Source of the DNA: Bacteriovoracaceae bacterium | GTDB lineage: Bacteria; Bdellovibrionota; Bacteriovoracia; Bacteriovoracales; Bacteriovoracaceae | Direction: 5' to 3' | NCBI GenBank assembly: GCA_965217035.1 | Contig: OZ244226.1 | Location: forward strand, 2,772,146-2,836,145 | DNA: 64,000 nucleotides | Part shown: positions 19,484 through 28,719 of the stretch, piece after piece | Numbering within the stretch: position 1 is the first letter of the stretch | Layout of the letters: each line of letters starts with the position of its first letter | Position numbers and translations under genes: made by a program | Notes under the pieces: generated by a model | Seen by the model: the letters and a program-made list of their open reading frames with translations, nothing else | Told to the model about the DNA's origin: nothing | Database searches by the model: none

Positions 19484-20630
19484 TTCAGTCTTTGCTTTAG
19501 AAAAAGATTGTACGGCCCTAGTCCGTGGAAAAAATCGCAAGCTTTCTCTTCAAAATGTCACGTTAAAAGATCTTGTTTCGAAAACTCATTTTCAGGGTCG
19601 CTATTTAAAAATTGTTGAAAGAAATTCAGAAAAAGCTGTTTCTTTTGGTTCTTCTTTGTCGGTTCGAGCTTGTACTGTTTATTATCATTCCACAATCGCT
19701 AAAGATTATTTTAAGAAAAGTTTTGAACTGAAAAGATTAAAAAGACCTCGTGCAATCACAATCCGAATAGAAATGGATCTTGGTTTCGAAGAGTCGGTTC
19801 ATATGATGCACGAAAATAACGGTCTTTTTTACAATAATGCAGTAACTATTCCTCCGAGTAACTCTTCGAGAATTATTGATAAATCTTGGTTCTATGAAAT
19901 TTGGTATGCACCAAAAAAGAAAGTCCGTATTGATAGTTCAACTTATAAAGCAGCCGATTTAGTATCACGTGGACCTTTTATGGCCTCTTTGCTCTTGGGA
20001 GTAGGAAAGTCTCAGGCGACCACAATTGGAATTGATCTTGTTCGTGGTAGCACTTTTGGTACTAGTTTTTATTTTAAAACATTAGGTCTTTCAGTTGGAG
20101 TAACTGCTTTAGTCCCAAATATTCTGAAGTGGATCTCTAAACCATTTAAATCAACTCTTTATTTAGATTCAGGAATGATTCCTGAAGTGATTTATCATGA
20201 GTACACTCATTATGCCTTAAGTGAAGTTCTTAGCATTGATACTCATGCTCCGGTGGTAGAAGGAATTGCAAACTATTACGCCGCAATGATTGGGGATTCT
20301 GATGCTATTCTTGATAAAACAAGAGGCTATTCCAAAGGGCTTGTTGAAATCAATGCGAAGAATACAAAAAATTATGCTTACAGCATGGAAGATAAGAAAT
20401 ATGCTCAACTGGATTTCAGTTTTAAGTTTCTTTATGGTTTGAAAAAAACTTTTGGTGAAGAGAAAGCTTCACAGCTTCTTTTCGATGCGATTAAAATTAT
20501 GCAAAAGCGAGAAGGAAAAGAATTAAAGAAGGATTTAATACCCTCTTTGAAAAAAGCTTTAACGCAGAAAGATTCTAATCTTAAAACGCAAATTTTATTT
20601 AATGAGCTGCTTCAAAAATTTGGCTTTTAA
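19449..20630 (+). CDS. secreted zinc metallopeptidase (gluzincin-like)
   Basis: GTG start gives signal peptide; YNNA, VIYHEYTHY and downstream VVEGIANYYA third ligand. Confidence 0.7.
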   Translation: MRLLTFIFLLSSSVFALEKDCTALVRGKNRKLSLQNVTLKDLVSKTHFQGRYLKIVERNSEKAVSFGSSLSVRACTVYYHSTIAKDYFKKSFELKRLKRPRAITIRIEMDLGFEESVHMMHENNGLFYNNAVTIPPSNSSRIIDKSWFYEIWYAPKKKVRIDSSTYKAADLVSRGPFMASLLLGVGKSQATTIGIDLVRGSTFGTSFYFKTLGLSVGVTALVPNILKWISKPFKSTLYLDSGMIPEVIYHEYTHYALSEVLSIDTHAPVVEGIANYYAAMIGDSDAILDKTRGYSKGLVEINAKNTKNYAYSMEDKKYAQLDFSFKFLYGLKKTFGEEKASQLLFDAIKIMQKREGKELKKDLIPSLKKALTQKDSNLKTQILFNELLQKFGF

Positions 20631-20709
20631 TGACTCCATTAATGCGAGACGCATTTTCACCAGTATCTTTTTGATTTTTTTAAGTACCTGAATTTTTTAC
20701 ACGGGCATT

Positions 20710-20725
20710 TGGCATGAGAATTGCT
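20710..20725 (+). promoter_or_regulatory. sigma54 (-24/-12) promoter
   Basis: TGGCAT-GAGAA-TTGCT, GG-N10-GC, 47 nt upstream of ATG 20772. Confidence 0.75.
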
Positions 20726-20771
20726 TTTATCGAGGCAATACTATTTTTTTCAAAATTATCTGGGAGGAAAA

Positions 20772-21701
20772 ATGAAAAAAATCATGTCGCGTGCGCTAAT
20801 TTGTATGATGTTGCTTTCAACATCGATAACGCCAGCCATAGCAAACCAAGTTAAAACTGAACCACCACTAACTAAAGTTGATCAAATTTTCGATGAATTT
20901 AAGAGCAAAGTTTTTCTCAATGGAGAAAGCATGGAGGAGGCCACTGAAAAACTTGTTGGAGAGTTGATTGATTCAAGAGTCACTTCAGGACAACTACAAG
21001 TTTATGTTGCTAAAAATAGTTCTAAAGAAGCTTACAAAAAGTTTAATGAAGTTCTTGATACCACATTAGAAGATGTAGGAAGCATGCAAGATCTTGGACA
21101 AGAAGATCTTTCTTTTATTCTTAAAAATGCTTTTCAAAGTACTCATGCAACAGGTTCTAACTTTATTAGTTGTTCTGCTGGGAAAACAATTGGTCTTCCA
21201 CTAATTGCAGTAGGTGTTGTTCTTGGGATTATTGCTCTTGTAAATGCAAGTGCTTCAAAGGAAGTTGTCACTAAAGACTTCATAGACAGAAGAAGAAGGC
21301 TGACAAATGATTATCTTAATACTCAGGCTGATCTTGAGCTAGAAGTTACGACATACGAATCAGATATCGTTTATTACCAAGATGAAATTGAAGAACTTCA
21401 AAGAAAAATTGATTCAGGTGAATATGATGCTGAAGAAATTGAACAATTTTTTCTTTTAATTAGAGATTACGAATTCTTTATCTCTGATTCTCAAGCTCTT
21501 ATTGGAGAAGTGAATGTTGATCTTGCTTACTTTGAAAATCAATTTAATTCTGATGTCGCTGAACTAGACCTTGAAGAAGTTGCTGCTCTTAATGAAGTTG
21601 ATGAGAAGAGATCAAATGCTTCAAAGCAAGGTGTAGCGGCAGGAATCATCGGTGGTTTAGGTGCGGTTTTCGCAACTGTTGGACTTTCTGACTGTAACTA
21701 A
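20772..21701 (+). CDS. secreted acidic coiled-coil protein with two hydrophobic segments
   Basis: GGAGG RBS before ATG 20772, signal peptide, hydrophobic segments IGLPLIAVGVVLGIIALV and GVAAGIIGGLGAVFATVGL. Confidence 0.8.
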   Translation: MKKIMSRALICMMLLSTSITPAIANQVKTEPPLTKVDQIFDEFKSKVFLNGESMEEATEKLVGELIDSRVTSGQLQVYVAKNSSKEAYKKFNEVLDTTLEDVGSMQDLGQEDLSFILKNAFQSTHATGSNFISCSAGKTIGLPLIAVGVVLGIIALVNASASKEVVTKDFIDRRRRLTNDYLNTQADLELEVTTYESDIVYYQDEIEELQRKIDSGEYDAEEIEQFFLLIRDYEFFISDSQALIGEVNVDLAYFENQFNSDVAELDLEEVAALNEVDEKRSNASKQGVAAGIIGGLGAVFATVGLSDCN

Positions 21702-21726
21702 GAATAAGCGTTTAGGAGAAACAGTC

Positions 21727-22860
21727 ATGAAATATAATAAATATCTAATCTTAGGAGTCTTGAGTCTCTTTTTAGTAAACGAAGTTATGGCCCAAAGAAA
21801 TCGACCGTCTAGAGGAAGAACATCTTCAAGAACTGGTGGTTCTTCAGGTTCTAGTGGTTCTTCAAATTCAACGGTAAGTTCAGGTAGCCGGTCGAGTTGG
21901 GGATCAAGTTCGAGCAGTTCTTCAAGCTCTAGCTCAAGTAGTTCTTCAAGCTCTTGGAGCAGTGGAGGTGGTTCTTATACAAGTGAGTATGTTCGAAGAG
22001 GGCGAAGTCGAATGAGAGGTAGAAATACTGCTCCTATTCTTAGGCAAAGGCATAGAGAACTTCGTACGATTCGTTCAGGAAATATCTCTGCTATTTCTAA
22101 CTATCACAGTGGTTATTATAATCATTATCCTCATAGAGTTTATTCATCTTTTGGAAGTTGTGGTTATTCAGGAGGTTATTATAATTCACCTTATGATTAT
22201 CATATGGGAGTTGATTCTCGTTTGATCTATCATAGTGGTTGGGTCATGGAACCTGTTTCTTTTAGTTATAACAGCGGTTTTTCTTGTATTGGAGATTATC
22301 CATATTATGTTCATAACGGTTATAAACATCGTTACTCTGAAGTTGATAAATGTAATTATGAACTTGTCGATGTGAAAGAAGAAACTCCTCTTGTCGTGAA
22401 GACATTTTACAGCATGGAATGTAATAAGGCGTTTGATGCTTGTGCGATTAAACGAGATGAACTTAATGATAATGAGTCTAGCCAGCGTTATATTTGCATG
22501 GAAAAAGTTGATGAGAACTTAAAACCATCAGATAATTATAGTCAAATTCCAGGCCTTATTAATAATCTTCCACCTTCTATGGTTGAGAAAATTGAGACAT
22601 TTTTAAAAGAAAATTCTTTGAAAGATCTTTTTAAACTTGGAAAAAACAAAGGCTATAATGGTTGTAAAATCGAAAAATCTAAAAAATGTAATTTTCAAGT
22701 TACAGTTAAGGGGACTCCATACCCGATGAAGGATGGTTCTATCTGTTCTAGTACAAAAAAATCTAAGGTCGAACTTTATGGCTGCAGTTCCAGCTCCCAG
22801 AGGGAAAATGCTGCATGTCTAATGGCCTTGGCTATCGCAGAAGGGTATTGCGTAGAGTAA
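21727..22860 (+). CDS. secreted Ser/Gly-rich, Tyr/His-rich, Cys-rich hypothetical protein
   Basis: AGGAG RBS before ATG 21727, signal peptide, poly-Ser tract, 12 Cys in mature part. Confidence 0.8.
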   Translation: MKYNKYLILGVLSLFLVNEVMAQRNRPSRGRTSSRTGGSSGSSGSSNSTVSSGSRSSWGSSSSSSSSSSSSSSSSSWSSGGGSYTSEYVRRGRSRMRGRNTAPILRQRHRELRTIRSGNISAISNYHSGYYNHYPHRVYSSFGSCGYSGGYYNSPYDYHMGVDSRLIYHSGWVMEPVSFSYNSGFSCIGDYPYYVHNGYKHRYSEVDKCNYELVDVKEETPLVVKTFYSMECNKAFDACAIKRDELNDNESSQRYICMEKVDENLKPSDNYSQIPGLINNLPPSMVEKIETFLKENSLKDLFKLGKNKGYNGCKIEKSKKCNFQVTVKGTPYPMKDGSICSSTKKSKVELYGCSSSSQRENAACLMALAIAEGYCVE

Positions 22861-22867
22861 TATTCGC

Positions 22868-22910
22868 GTGGGTCTGGAGCCTTTCCTTCAGACCTACTTT
22901 TCTTTCTTTT
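22868..22910 (+). terminator. intrinsic terminator
   Basis: GTGGGTCTGGAG/CTTCAGACCTAC stem followed by T-rich run. Confidence 0.75.
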
Positions 22911-23048
22911 TAGATCTACTAAAAACTGTAAAAATAAAATTAAGTAATTCTTAAAAATCTTTATTTCAGAGAAGTAAATCAAGAAATAACATTTACAAGC
23001 AACCAGAGCTATAGCATAAGGAAGAAAATTATCTTAGGAGGATATCTG

Positions 23049-23615
23049 ATGAAAAAACTATTAATGAGTTATGTATTATTGGTGAGTTTTTCTGCTGTTT
23101 CAAATGATCTTCTTTGTAAAGGAAAGCCAGTAGAGAGTTCCTTGCACAGCAATATGAATGTGGAGAGTTGTATCGGACTTCAGAATGATTTGGCGGTTAT
23201 CAATGGTATCGACTCTAGTCGTAATCTCGTTTTAAATTTCGTTGATTTAAGTGAAAAGAAGATTTTAGCTTCATTAGATTTGAAACAGATTGAACTTAAT
23301 GGGGGAAGTTACGTCGAAACCGCTGCATTTAGAAGGGCCTGTGGAACATCACTTACGACTTCACGTATTCATGATAGAAATGAAGTTGTTATATTCTTTG
23401 ATAATACAACTGCTCTTCATTGGGATATTTTAACTAATAAAACTGAACTCCTGCATTCTTTTTATACAGGTGGATTTTATTTTTGTTATGGAATTGGTGA
23501 AGGGATTGATACATTTAGAGAATATATCTCAATTGATAGAAGGAATAGACAGATTAAAATGTCTGCAATCCTTGAATTAGATGAATCATTCCCAGATGTT
23601 TATATTAAATATTAG
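23049..23615 (+). CDS. secreted hypothetical protein
   Basis: AGGAGG RBS, MKK signal peptide, 4 Cys. Confidence 0.75.
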   Translation: MKKLLMSYVLLVSFSAVSNDLLCKGKPVESSLHSNMNVESCIGLQNDLAVINGIDSSRNLVLNFVDLSEKKILASLDLKQIELNGGSYVETAAFRRACGTSLTTSRIHDRNEVVIFFDNTTALHWDILTNKTELLHSFYTGGFYFCYGIGEGIDTFREYISIDRRNRQIKMSAILELDESFPDVYIKY

Positions 23616-23632
23616 TAAATAGAAAAGCCTGG

Positions 23633-24070
23633 TTACTTTAGGTTATCAGGTTTTTTCCCTTTCTGACGACTCCAATAACTCGTTCTTCCAAATAAAGAAA
23701 TTCCTACATAACCTCGAAGTTTGAGTTTATTTGGATTTTCTAATTTTAAATAAGCGGAATAAGTATTTCCGGATTCTGGATCATAAACTTCACCATCTTG
23801 GTATTCTTCATCTTTAAAGACAAAACCTGAAAGCAGGTTGAGTCCAATGAGCTTTCGTTTTTGAAGTTCTTTATCAAAGTTATTAATATCAAGAGGATTT
23901 GGAACTTCTCCCGTATGTTGTTTCCTGAGCCAAACAATTTTTCCAAAAAACTTTTTATCTTTTTTGTAAACTTCAATTACGGCCTTTTCATTTTCTGAAA
24001 GCCAATAACCTTTTATCGAATCATTCGCGAATAGGCTGGTGGTTAAGCAAAATAAGATAAAGTATTTCAT
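23633..24070 (-). CDS. DUF2147 family protein
   Basis: GEVYDPESGNTY, LKLRGYVGISLFGRTSYWSR. Confidence 0.9.
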   Translation of the reverse strand: MKYFILFCLTTSLFANDSIKGYWLSENEKAVIEVYKKDKKFFGKIVWLRKQHTGEVPNPLDINNFDKELQKRKLIGLNLLSGFVFKDEEYQDGEVYDPESGNTYSAYLKLENPNKLKLRGYVGISLFGRTSYWSRQKGKKPDNLK

Positions 24071-24086
24071 TCGAGCTCCTAATAAT

Positions 24087-24719
24087 CTAAATATGATAAG
24101 TTAAGCTGATAATATGTTCGACTCGATCACCTGATGAGCGAGGAATATGTTCATTCATATAACCAAGATCGAGAAAGGTCTTATCAATGTTAATTCTAAT
24201 TCCTATAAAACTTCTCACTCTCTCGATTGTTCTATTTCCAGTCCAGTTTTCCTTAGTTAAATTTAAAAAAGGTTCTGTCCATATCAGGAGATTGTAAAAA
24301 CGATTTGATTTTTCCAGGATAGAAATGAAATACCTTAAGCGAGTCGAATCATCTGAACTATCTTCAAGGTATCTTCCTTCTAATCTTGTTCTACCGACAA
24401 AGCCAAAACCAAGCCTTCTTCCATAATTCTGGAAATGTTCAGCAATAAATCGATGCTCGACAGTTGAAGGTGAATGGAAAGATCCATAGAGAAATCCGAT
24501 CCGGTGTTTTTTAGTCATCTGATAATGTGGACCTAAAAGAAAGACAGATTGAGCTGTTTCTCCAAGGTCAGTATTATATCTCTTTTCAGCAAATATTTGA
24601 AACTTTGCAGAATGATTAATATGTTTAATAGTGTTGGCGGCTGCCCAAATCCTATTGCTAGCAGAAGTGGCATAAAGGTTATGATTTAAAAGAAAAATCA
24701 AAGTAAGAAGTTTTAACAT
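24087..24719 (-). CDS. outer-membrane beta-barrel, DUF2490-like
   Basis: EHRF, RTRLEGR, RLRY, LDLGYMN, C-terminal HIISLTYHI. Confidence 0.75.
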   Translation of the reverse strand: MLKLLTLIFLLNHNLYATSASNRIWAAANTIKHINHSAKFQIFAEKRYNTDLGETAQSVFLLGPHYQMTKKHRIGFLYGSFHSPSTVEHRFIAEHFQNYGRRLGFGFVGRTRLEGRYLEDSSDDSTRLRYFISILEKSNRFYNLLIWTEPFLNLTKENWTGNRTIERVRSFIGIRINIDKTFLDLGYMNEHIPRSSGDRVEHIISLTYHI

Positions 24720-24832
24720 GAAGATATGCTAGGGCAAAAATTGTCATTCTGTCTTTTCTTTTTTCTAAAATTCTAAATGAGGTGAAAGAACTTGCAACTA
24801 TTTGAAACTATGAGCTTTTAACTTGGAAGTAG

Positions 24833-25732
24833 TTATTGTCCTTCCTCCAATTGAGTTAGAATTTCTCCAAGGCTTATTTTAACTCTTTCAAGAATCTCAT
24901 TTTCTCGATCTTTGATATCAAGGATTTCTTTAGGACTTAGATATTTTTTCTCACTCATATTTATAGGTAGAACTCTTCTGAAATCCTCTTCTGAGTCCTC
25001 GAGAACTTGATTCACTCGAGCAATGTCTTCTTGAAAATGAGTCGGAATAAGTTCTTCTTCTAAAAGACCTTCAAGGGATTCGACCTTAGACATAATATGA
25101 TGTAACCCAATTGGCATTTTTAGTTGGTCTTGAAAATGCTTAAGGATATGAGAAACAATGGTCTTTTTATCATTTGAAGAAAAACTATAATCAGAAATAT
25201 AAGTTATAACAGAATCGACAACTGACTCTTCTTCAAAGTCTCCACAGTCTTCAATTTGAGAAAGTTGTTCAAAAGTTTTTTGAGCATCAAGGGATTCATG
25301 ATTTTTTTCTTGGAAGAATTGCATTACTTTATTAGTGTCATTAATTTTCCCATTTACGAGTGAGTAGAATTGATCAAGTGCCCCTTTCAGTTCTCCGGCG
25401 GTTTGATAAGGAAGAATATCGTCAGGATCATCTTCAGGAAAAAGTTTTGCAATTCCTGCCTGACACTTTTTTACTTGACCATTGATGTTTGCCACTAATG
25501 TATTGAATTCAGTTTGAAGATTTAAATCAACTTGATATTCTTCAACTTTCTCTTCTTGTTTTGCGACTTTTTCTACTCTTTTGGCCTTAATGACTCTTGA
25601 TCTTTTCTGAACTGGTGCTTCTGTTATTTCTTCTTCCTCAGACCCCGGAATAATGGCCCAAACGATCAGTACAATCGCTAGCATGCCGACTCCAATGAGT
25701 ATTTGAGTTTTCTTTTTAGGGTCTAATTCCAT
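24833..25732 (-). CDS. single-pass membrane-anchored acidic helical protein
   Basis: N-terminal TM helix followed by acidic helical domain. Confidence 0.75.
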   Translation of the reverse strand: MELDPKKKTQILIGVGMLAIVLIVWAIIPGSEEEEITEAPVQKRSRVIKAKRVEKVAKQEEKVEEYQVDLNLQTEFNTLVANINGQVKKCQAGIAKLFPEDDPDDILPYQTAGELKGALDQFYSLVNGKINDTNKVMQFFQEKNHESLDAQKTFEQLSQIEDCGDFEEESVVDSVITYISDYSFSSNDKKTIVSHILKHFQDQLKMPIGLHHIMSKVESLEGLLEEELIPTHFQEDIARVNQVLEDSEEDFRRVLPINMSEKKYLSPKEILDIKDRENEILERVKISLGEILTQLEEGQ

Positions 25733-25821
25733 ACCGACTTAGCTTAACATGCTGAATCAGGCTTAGGAAGAGGTGAGTGCTACGACTTATGAACTCTTAT
25801 AACACTCTGAGGATTAATAAT

Positions 25822-26244
25822 TTAGTGACATCCAGCATGAGAAAGAGATTTGAAGTATTCATCTGGAGTTGTTTGATCCATCTTTTTGCTAAGACCTTTC
25901 TTCCAGCTTCCATTTCCTGCGTAATTCGTTTTCAACAAGAGAACCTTCTCTTCGCCGGACTTTACATCTTTTATAAGATACGTGGTCGATAGAACTCCTT
26001 GGTCATCAGCATCATAGCCAAGGACCATCATTTCATGAGTACGATTGGAGTCTTTATCAGAGACGTCGAGAAGAATTCCTATATATCCGTGTTCTTTTAA
26101 GTCTTTGATTTCGTATCGATCTGTACCGCTTAGGAAGCCGTTTCCGTAAAGCCAAGCATTATTATTAAGTTCGATTTTACTTCGAGTACAAGCGTAAGAA
26201 CTCATATTAAAACTAACTATCAAAATTAAAATGACCTTTTTCAT
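25822..26244 (-). CDS. secreted hypothetical protein
   Basis: AGGAG RBS, signal peptide, one Cys at each end of the mature chain. Confidence 0.75.
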   Translation of the reverse strand: MKKVILILIVSFNMSSYACTRSKIELNNNAWLYGNGFLSGTDRYEIKDLKEHGYIGILLDVSDKDSNRTHEMMVLGYDADDQGVLSTTYLIKDVKSGEEKVLLLKTNYAGNGSWKKGLSKKMDQTTPDEYFKSLSHAGCH

Positions 26245-26252
26245 ATTTTCTC

Positions 26253-27083
26253 CTATCGATAAACTAAATTACATTTTCCAGACATTGGAACCTCTTTGAT
26301 TTCTTTACCGACAAAAAGTCCCCAGACTTTTTTAGTCATTGAAAAACCAATTTCCCATCCTGTCATGTGCGGAGTTGCAACTTCAAATTTTATAGCGTCA
26401 TCACTATATCCAAAACCAAGAGTTTTACTTGCGTAGGTAAAGCTTCGACGAGCTTTCTTTGGTTGCATGAGAGAGACTGGTTTCCACTCAGTATTTTTCT
26501 CAAGCAATTTTCGAGATGAGTAGAGATTGCGACCTTTTCTTGTCCAACAAACGTAGCTACCTTCTAATGATTTCATGAGTGTGTCCATTCTAAGTCCGAC
26601 AGTACATTCTAAATGTCTATTCTTTGCAGAACAGCTTCCATAAATAGGTCTCATAAGTGGCGCCTCTAGTCGTTCAGAGATTGCATAAGCATCAGAATCC
26701 TCTAATTCCATAAGTGATAAAAACTCATGGAAGGCTAGTCTTTGCTTAAAGAGACTTGTGAGTTCATTGAATTCTTTATTGTAGATCTCAATGTATTTTT
26801 TTCCTTCTTTTTTATACCAAACAGCTGTCTTCTCATTCCCATAACGATCTTTGGGCCTTTCACTTATTGATTGAATGATCGTTTCTTTAATCGTCTCTTT
26901 AAACTTTTTCTTATCAACATCTCTAAAAGTGTTTTCATGTCTTTCATCTTCAGAGGCTTTGATAAGGGCCCTTCCTATTTCTCTTACCTCAAGAGCGATA
27001 GCATCCCCTCCTCCTCGATCTTTTGAAGCATAGAGATTTAATGTTAAAAAAGTGAGAATGATTAATGTTGTTGTTTTTTTCAT
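26253..27083 (-). CDS. secreted hypothetical protein (RGGGD / HE motif)
   Basis: Signal peptide then DRGGGD; RLAFHEFLSLMELEDSDAYAIS; TAATG overlap with upstream gene. Confidence 0.75.
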   Translation of the reverse strand: MKKTTTLIILTFLTLNLYASKDRGGGDAIALEVREIGRALIKASEDERHENTFRDVDKKKFKETIKETIIQSISERPKDRYGNEKTAVWYKKEGKKYIEIYNKEFNELTSLFKQRLAFHEFLSLMELEDSDAYAISERLEAPLMRPIYGSCSAKNRHLECTVGLRMDTLMKSLEGSYVCWTRKGRNLYSSRKLLEKNTEWKPVSLMQPKKARRSFTYASKTLGFGYSDDAIKFEVATPHMTGWEIGFSMTKKVWGLFVGKEIKEVPMSGKCNLVYR

Positions 27084-27826
27084 TATTTTTCCTTTTTGAT
27101 TAATGGGTAGAATCCGATTTGTATTTGATAAAGACTGTCCGCACGTACTGAAGGCCTCTCAAGATAGCACGCGAGTTCTTTTCGAAATTTTTTAATTTTT
27201 TTCTTCACTTCAGGAATATCTTTTTTGTTAATTGTGAGCATTGTTGAAGTATGGTCACGCTCTTCTATATCAATTTTTTTTACTGCTTCGATTGATTTTT
27301 CGAGTAGAGAAATTTGTAAATTCTTTAAGGCTTGATTGGTGTAGTTTGAATCCAGATTAGTTGTATTGTCTTCTAAGCAATCAATCCATTCATCATTACT
27401 GATTTTAAGGTAACCAATTTTTTGAAGCCTTTCTACTGCGAGCTTAACTTGAATGATTGAAATATCGAGTGTTTTTGCGATCCAAGAATAGCTTGGTTGG
27501 AAGAAACTTAATCTTGTGAGTTCTAAAATGGCATCGTGATACCAAACAGAAACGGCTTCAAATTCATCAAGATTAAGTTGAGAAAACTTTTCTTCAAATT
27601 CTATATTTTCCTGCTTGATAATTTTACTGATTTCTCCTGGAAGTAATCCGAGCTTTATAAGAATTTTTTCTTTTGTGCTCTTTTGAGGTGATATTTTTCC
27701 GGAGAGTATTTTCGACATATTAGAGGGATCAATACCGAGATCTCTGGCAAATGCTCTTAAGGAATAAGAGCTATTTTCCTTAGCTCTCTTATTTAAATGA
27801 TTTTTAAGAATTTCAATGAACTCCAT
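27083..27826 (-). CDS. TIGR02147/DUF4423 family HTH protein
   Basis: NSSYSLRAFARDLGIDPSNMSKILSGK HTH, WYHDAILEL, ERDHTS, C-terminal YQIQIGFYPL. Confidence 0.88.
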   Translation of the reverse strand: MEFIEILKNHLNKRAKENSSYSLRAFARDLGIDPSNMSKILSGKISPQKSTKEKILIKLGLLPGEISKIIKQENIEFEEKFSQLNLDEFEAVSVWYHDAILELTRLSFFQPSYSWIAKTLDISIIQVKLAVERLQKIGYLKISNDEWIDCLEDNTTNLDSNYTNQALKNLQISLLEKSIEAVKKIDIEERDHTSTMLTINKKDIPEVKKKIKKFRKELACYLERPSVRADSLYQIQIGFYPLIKKEK

Positions 27827-27847
27827 AGTTTGTCTCCAAGTGTGTGT

Positions 27848-27877
27848 TTTTATAACACTGCACTAAATTGGAAACAA
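27848..27877 (-). promoter_or_regulatory. putative sigma70 promoter of the TIGR02147 gene
   Basis: Minus strand TTGTTT-N17-TATAAA with extended -10 TG. Confidence 0.45.
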
Positions 27878-27933
27878 CAATCAACCCACAAAGTGTTGGT
27901 TGAAGCACAACAACATATAAAAAGTTCAAACTT

Positions 27934-28719
27934 TTAAGAAGAGGCTGAAGAGTATTGTCTGAGCGCCTTATTCCAAATTTTAAGATAGACCCACCAGAAA
28001 AAGATCGATAGACCGAAAATCAGAGCAACGATCTGAAACGAATCTTGATCGAAGTAATAGCGACCAGGTAAGGCAACGACAAGATTCATAGGGATGAGGA
28101 AGGTAAAGAAAAACCGAAATAATCCTCCCTGGATTTTATCTGGATATTTCAACATGGAATTGATTCCCCAAAACAGACTCTCAAAACCTCGAGGGGATTG
28201 TGTCCAGAACACAGGAAGGTAACACATCATCTGTAAGATATAATAAATGGCCACTCCATTGATGATGAGAAAGATATAAAAAAGCGTATGGAAAAATTCA
28301 AGAGGTCCTGGCAATTGAAAAAGGGCCCAAGCAAAAATACTGATTGCAAAGATAAGATTGATAAATGAGTTAGCCGCGAATTCTCTTAAACTCAAAAAGA
28401 AAAGTGGAGAAACGGGACGAGTAAGGTAGTAATCGAGATCACCTTTATTAATATATTGAGGAAACCACCAACAATTTGTCGCAACAACACTCATATAAAG
28501 AGCATCGACCAAAATATAACTAGCAGCAAAGACGATCATTTGTTCTTCGGTCCAGTTTCCTATCGTTTTTGTATGTTGGAAGAGGATTTTAAAAAGAAAA
28601 ATCATAGAAAGGTGATAAGCTAAATCCATCACAATTCGAAAAGTAAATTCAAGTCTAAACTCTAAGGCTTTGGTAAAGGAAAACCTCAAAAAATGCATAT
28701 AGAGTCTGAAATATCTCAA
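27934..28719 (-). CDS. ABC-2 family permease (DUF990 type)
   Basis: INKGDLDYYLTRPVSP, 6 TM; TTG start overlapping upstream TGA (ORF track start 28758). Confidence 0.88.
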   Translation of the reverse strand: MRYFRLYMHFLRFSFTKALEFRLEFTFRIVMDLAYHLSMIFLFKILFQHTKTIGNWTEEQMIVFAASYILVDALYMSVVATNCWWFPQYINKGDLDYYLTRPVSPLFFLSLREFAANSFINLIFAISIFAWALFQLPGPLEFFHTLFYIFLIINGVAIYYILQMMCYLPVFWTQSPRGFESLFWGINSMLKYPDKIQGGLFRFFFTFLIPMNLVVALPGRYYFDQDSFQIVALIFGLSIFFWWVYLKIWNKALRQYSSASS

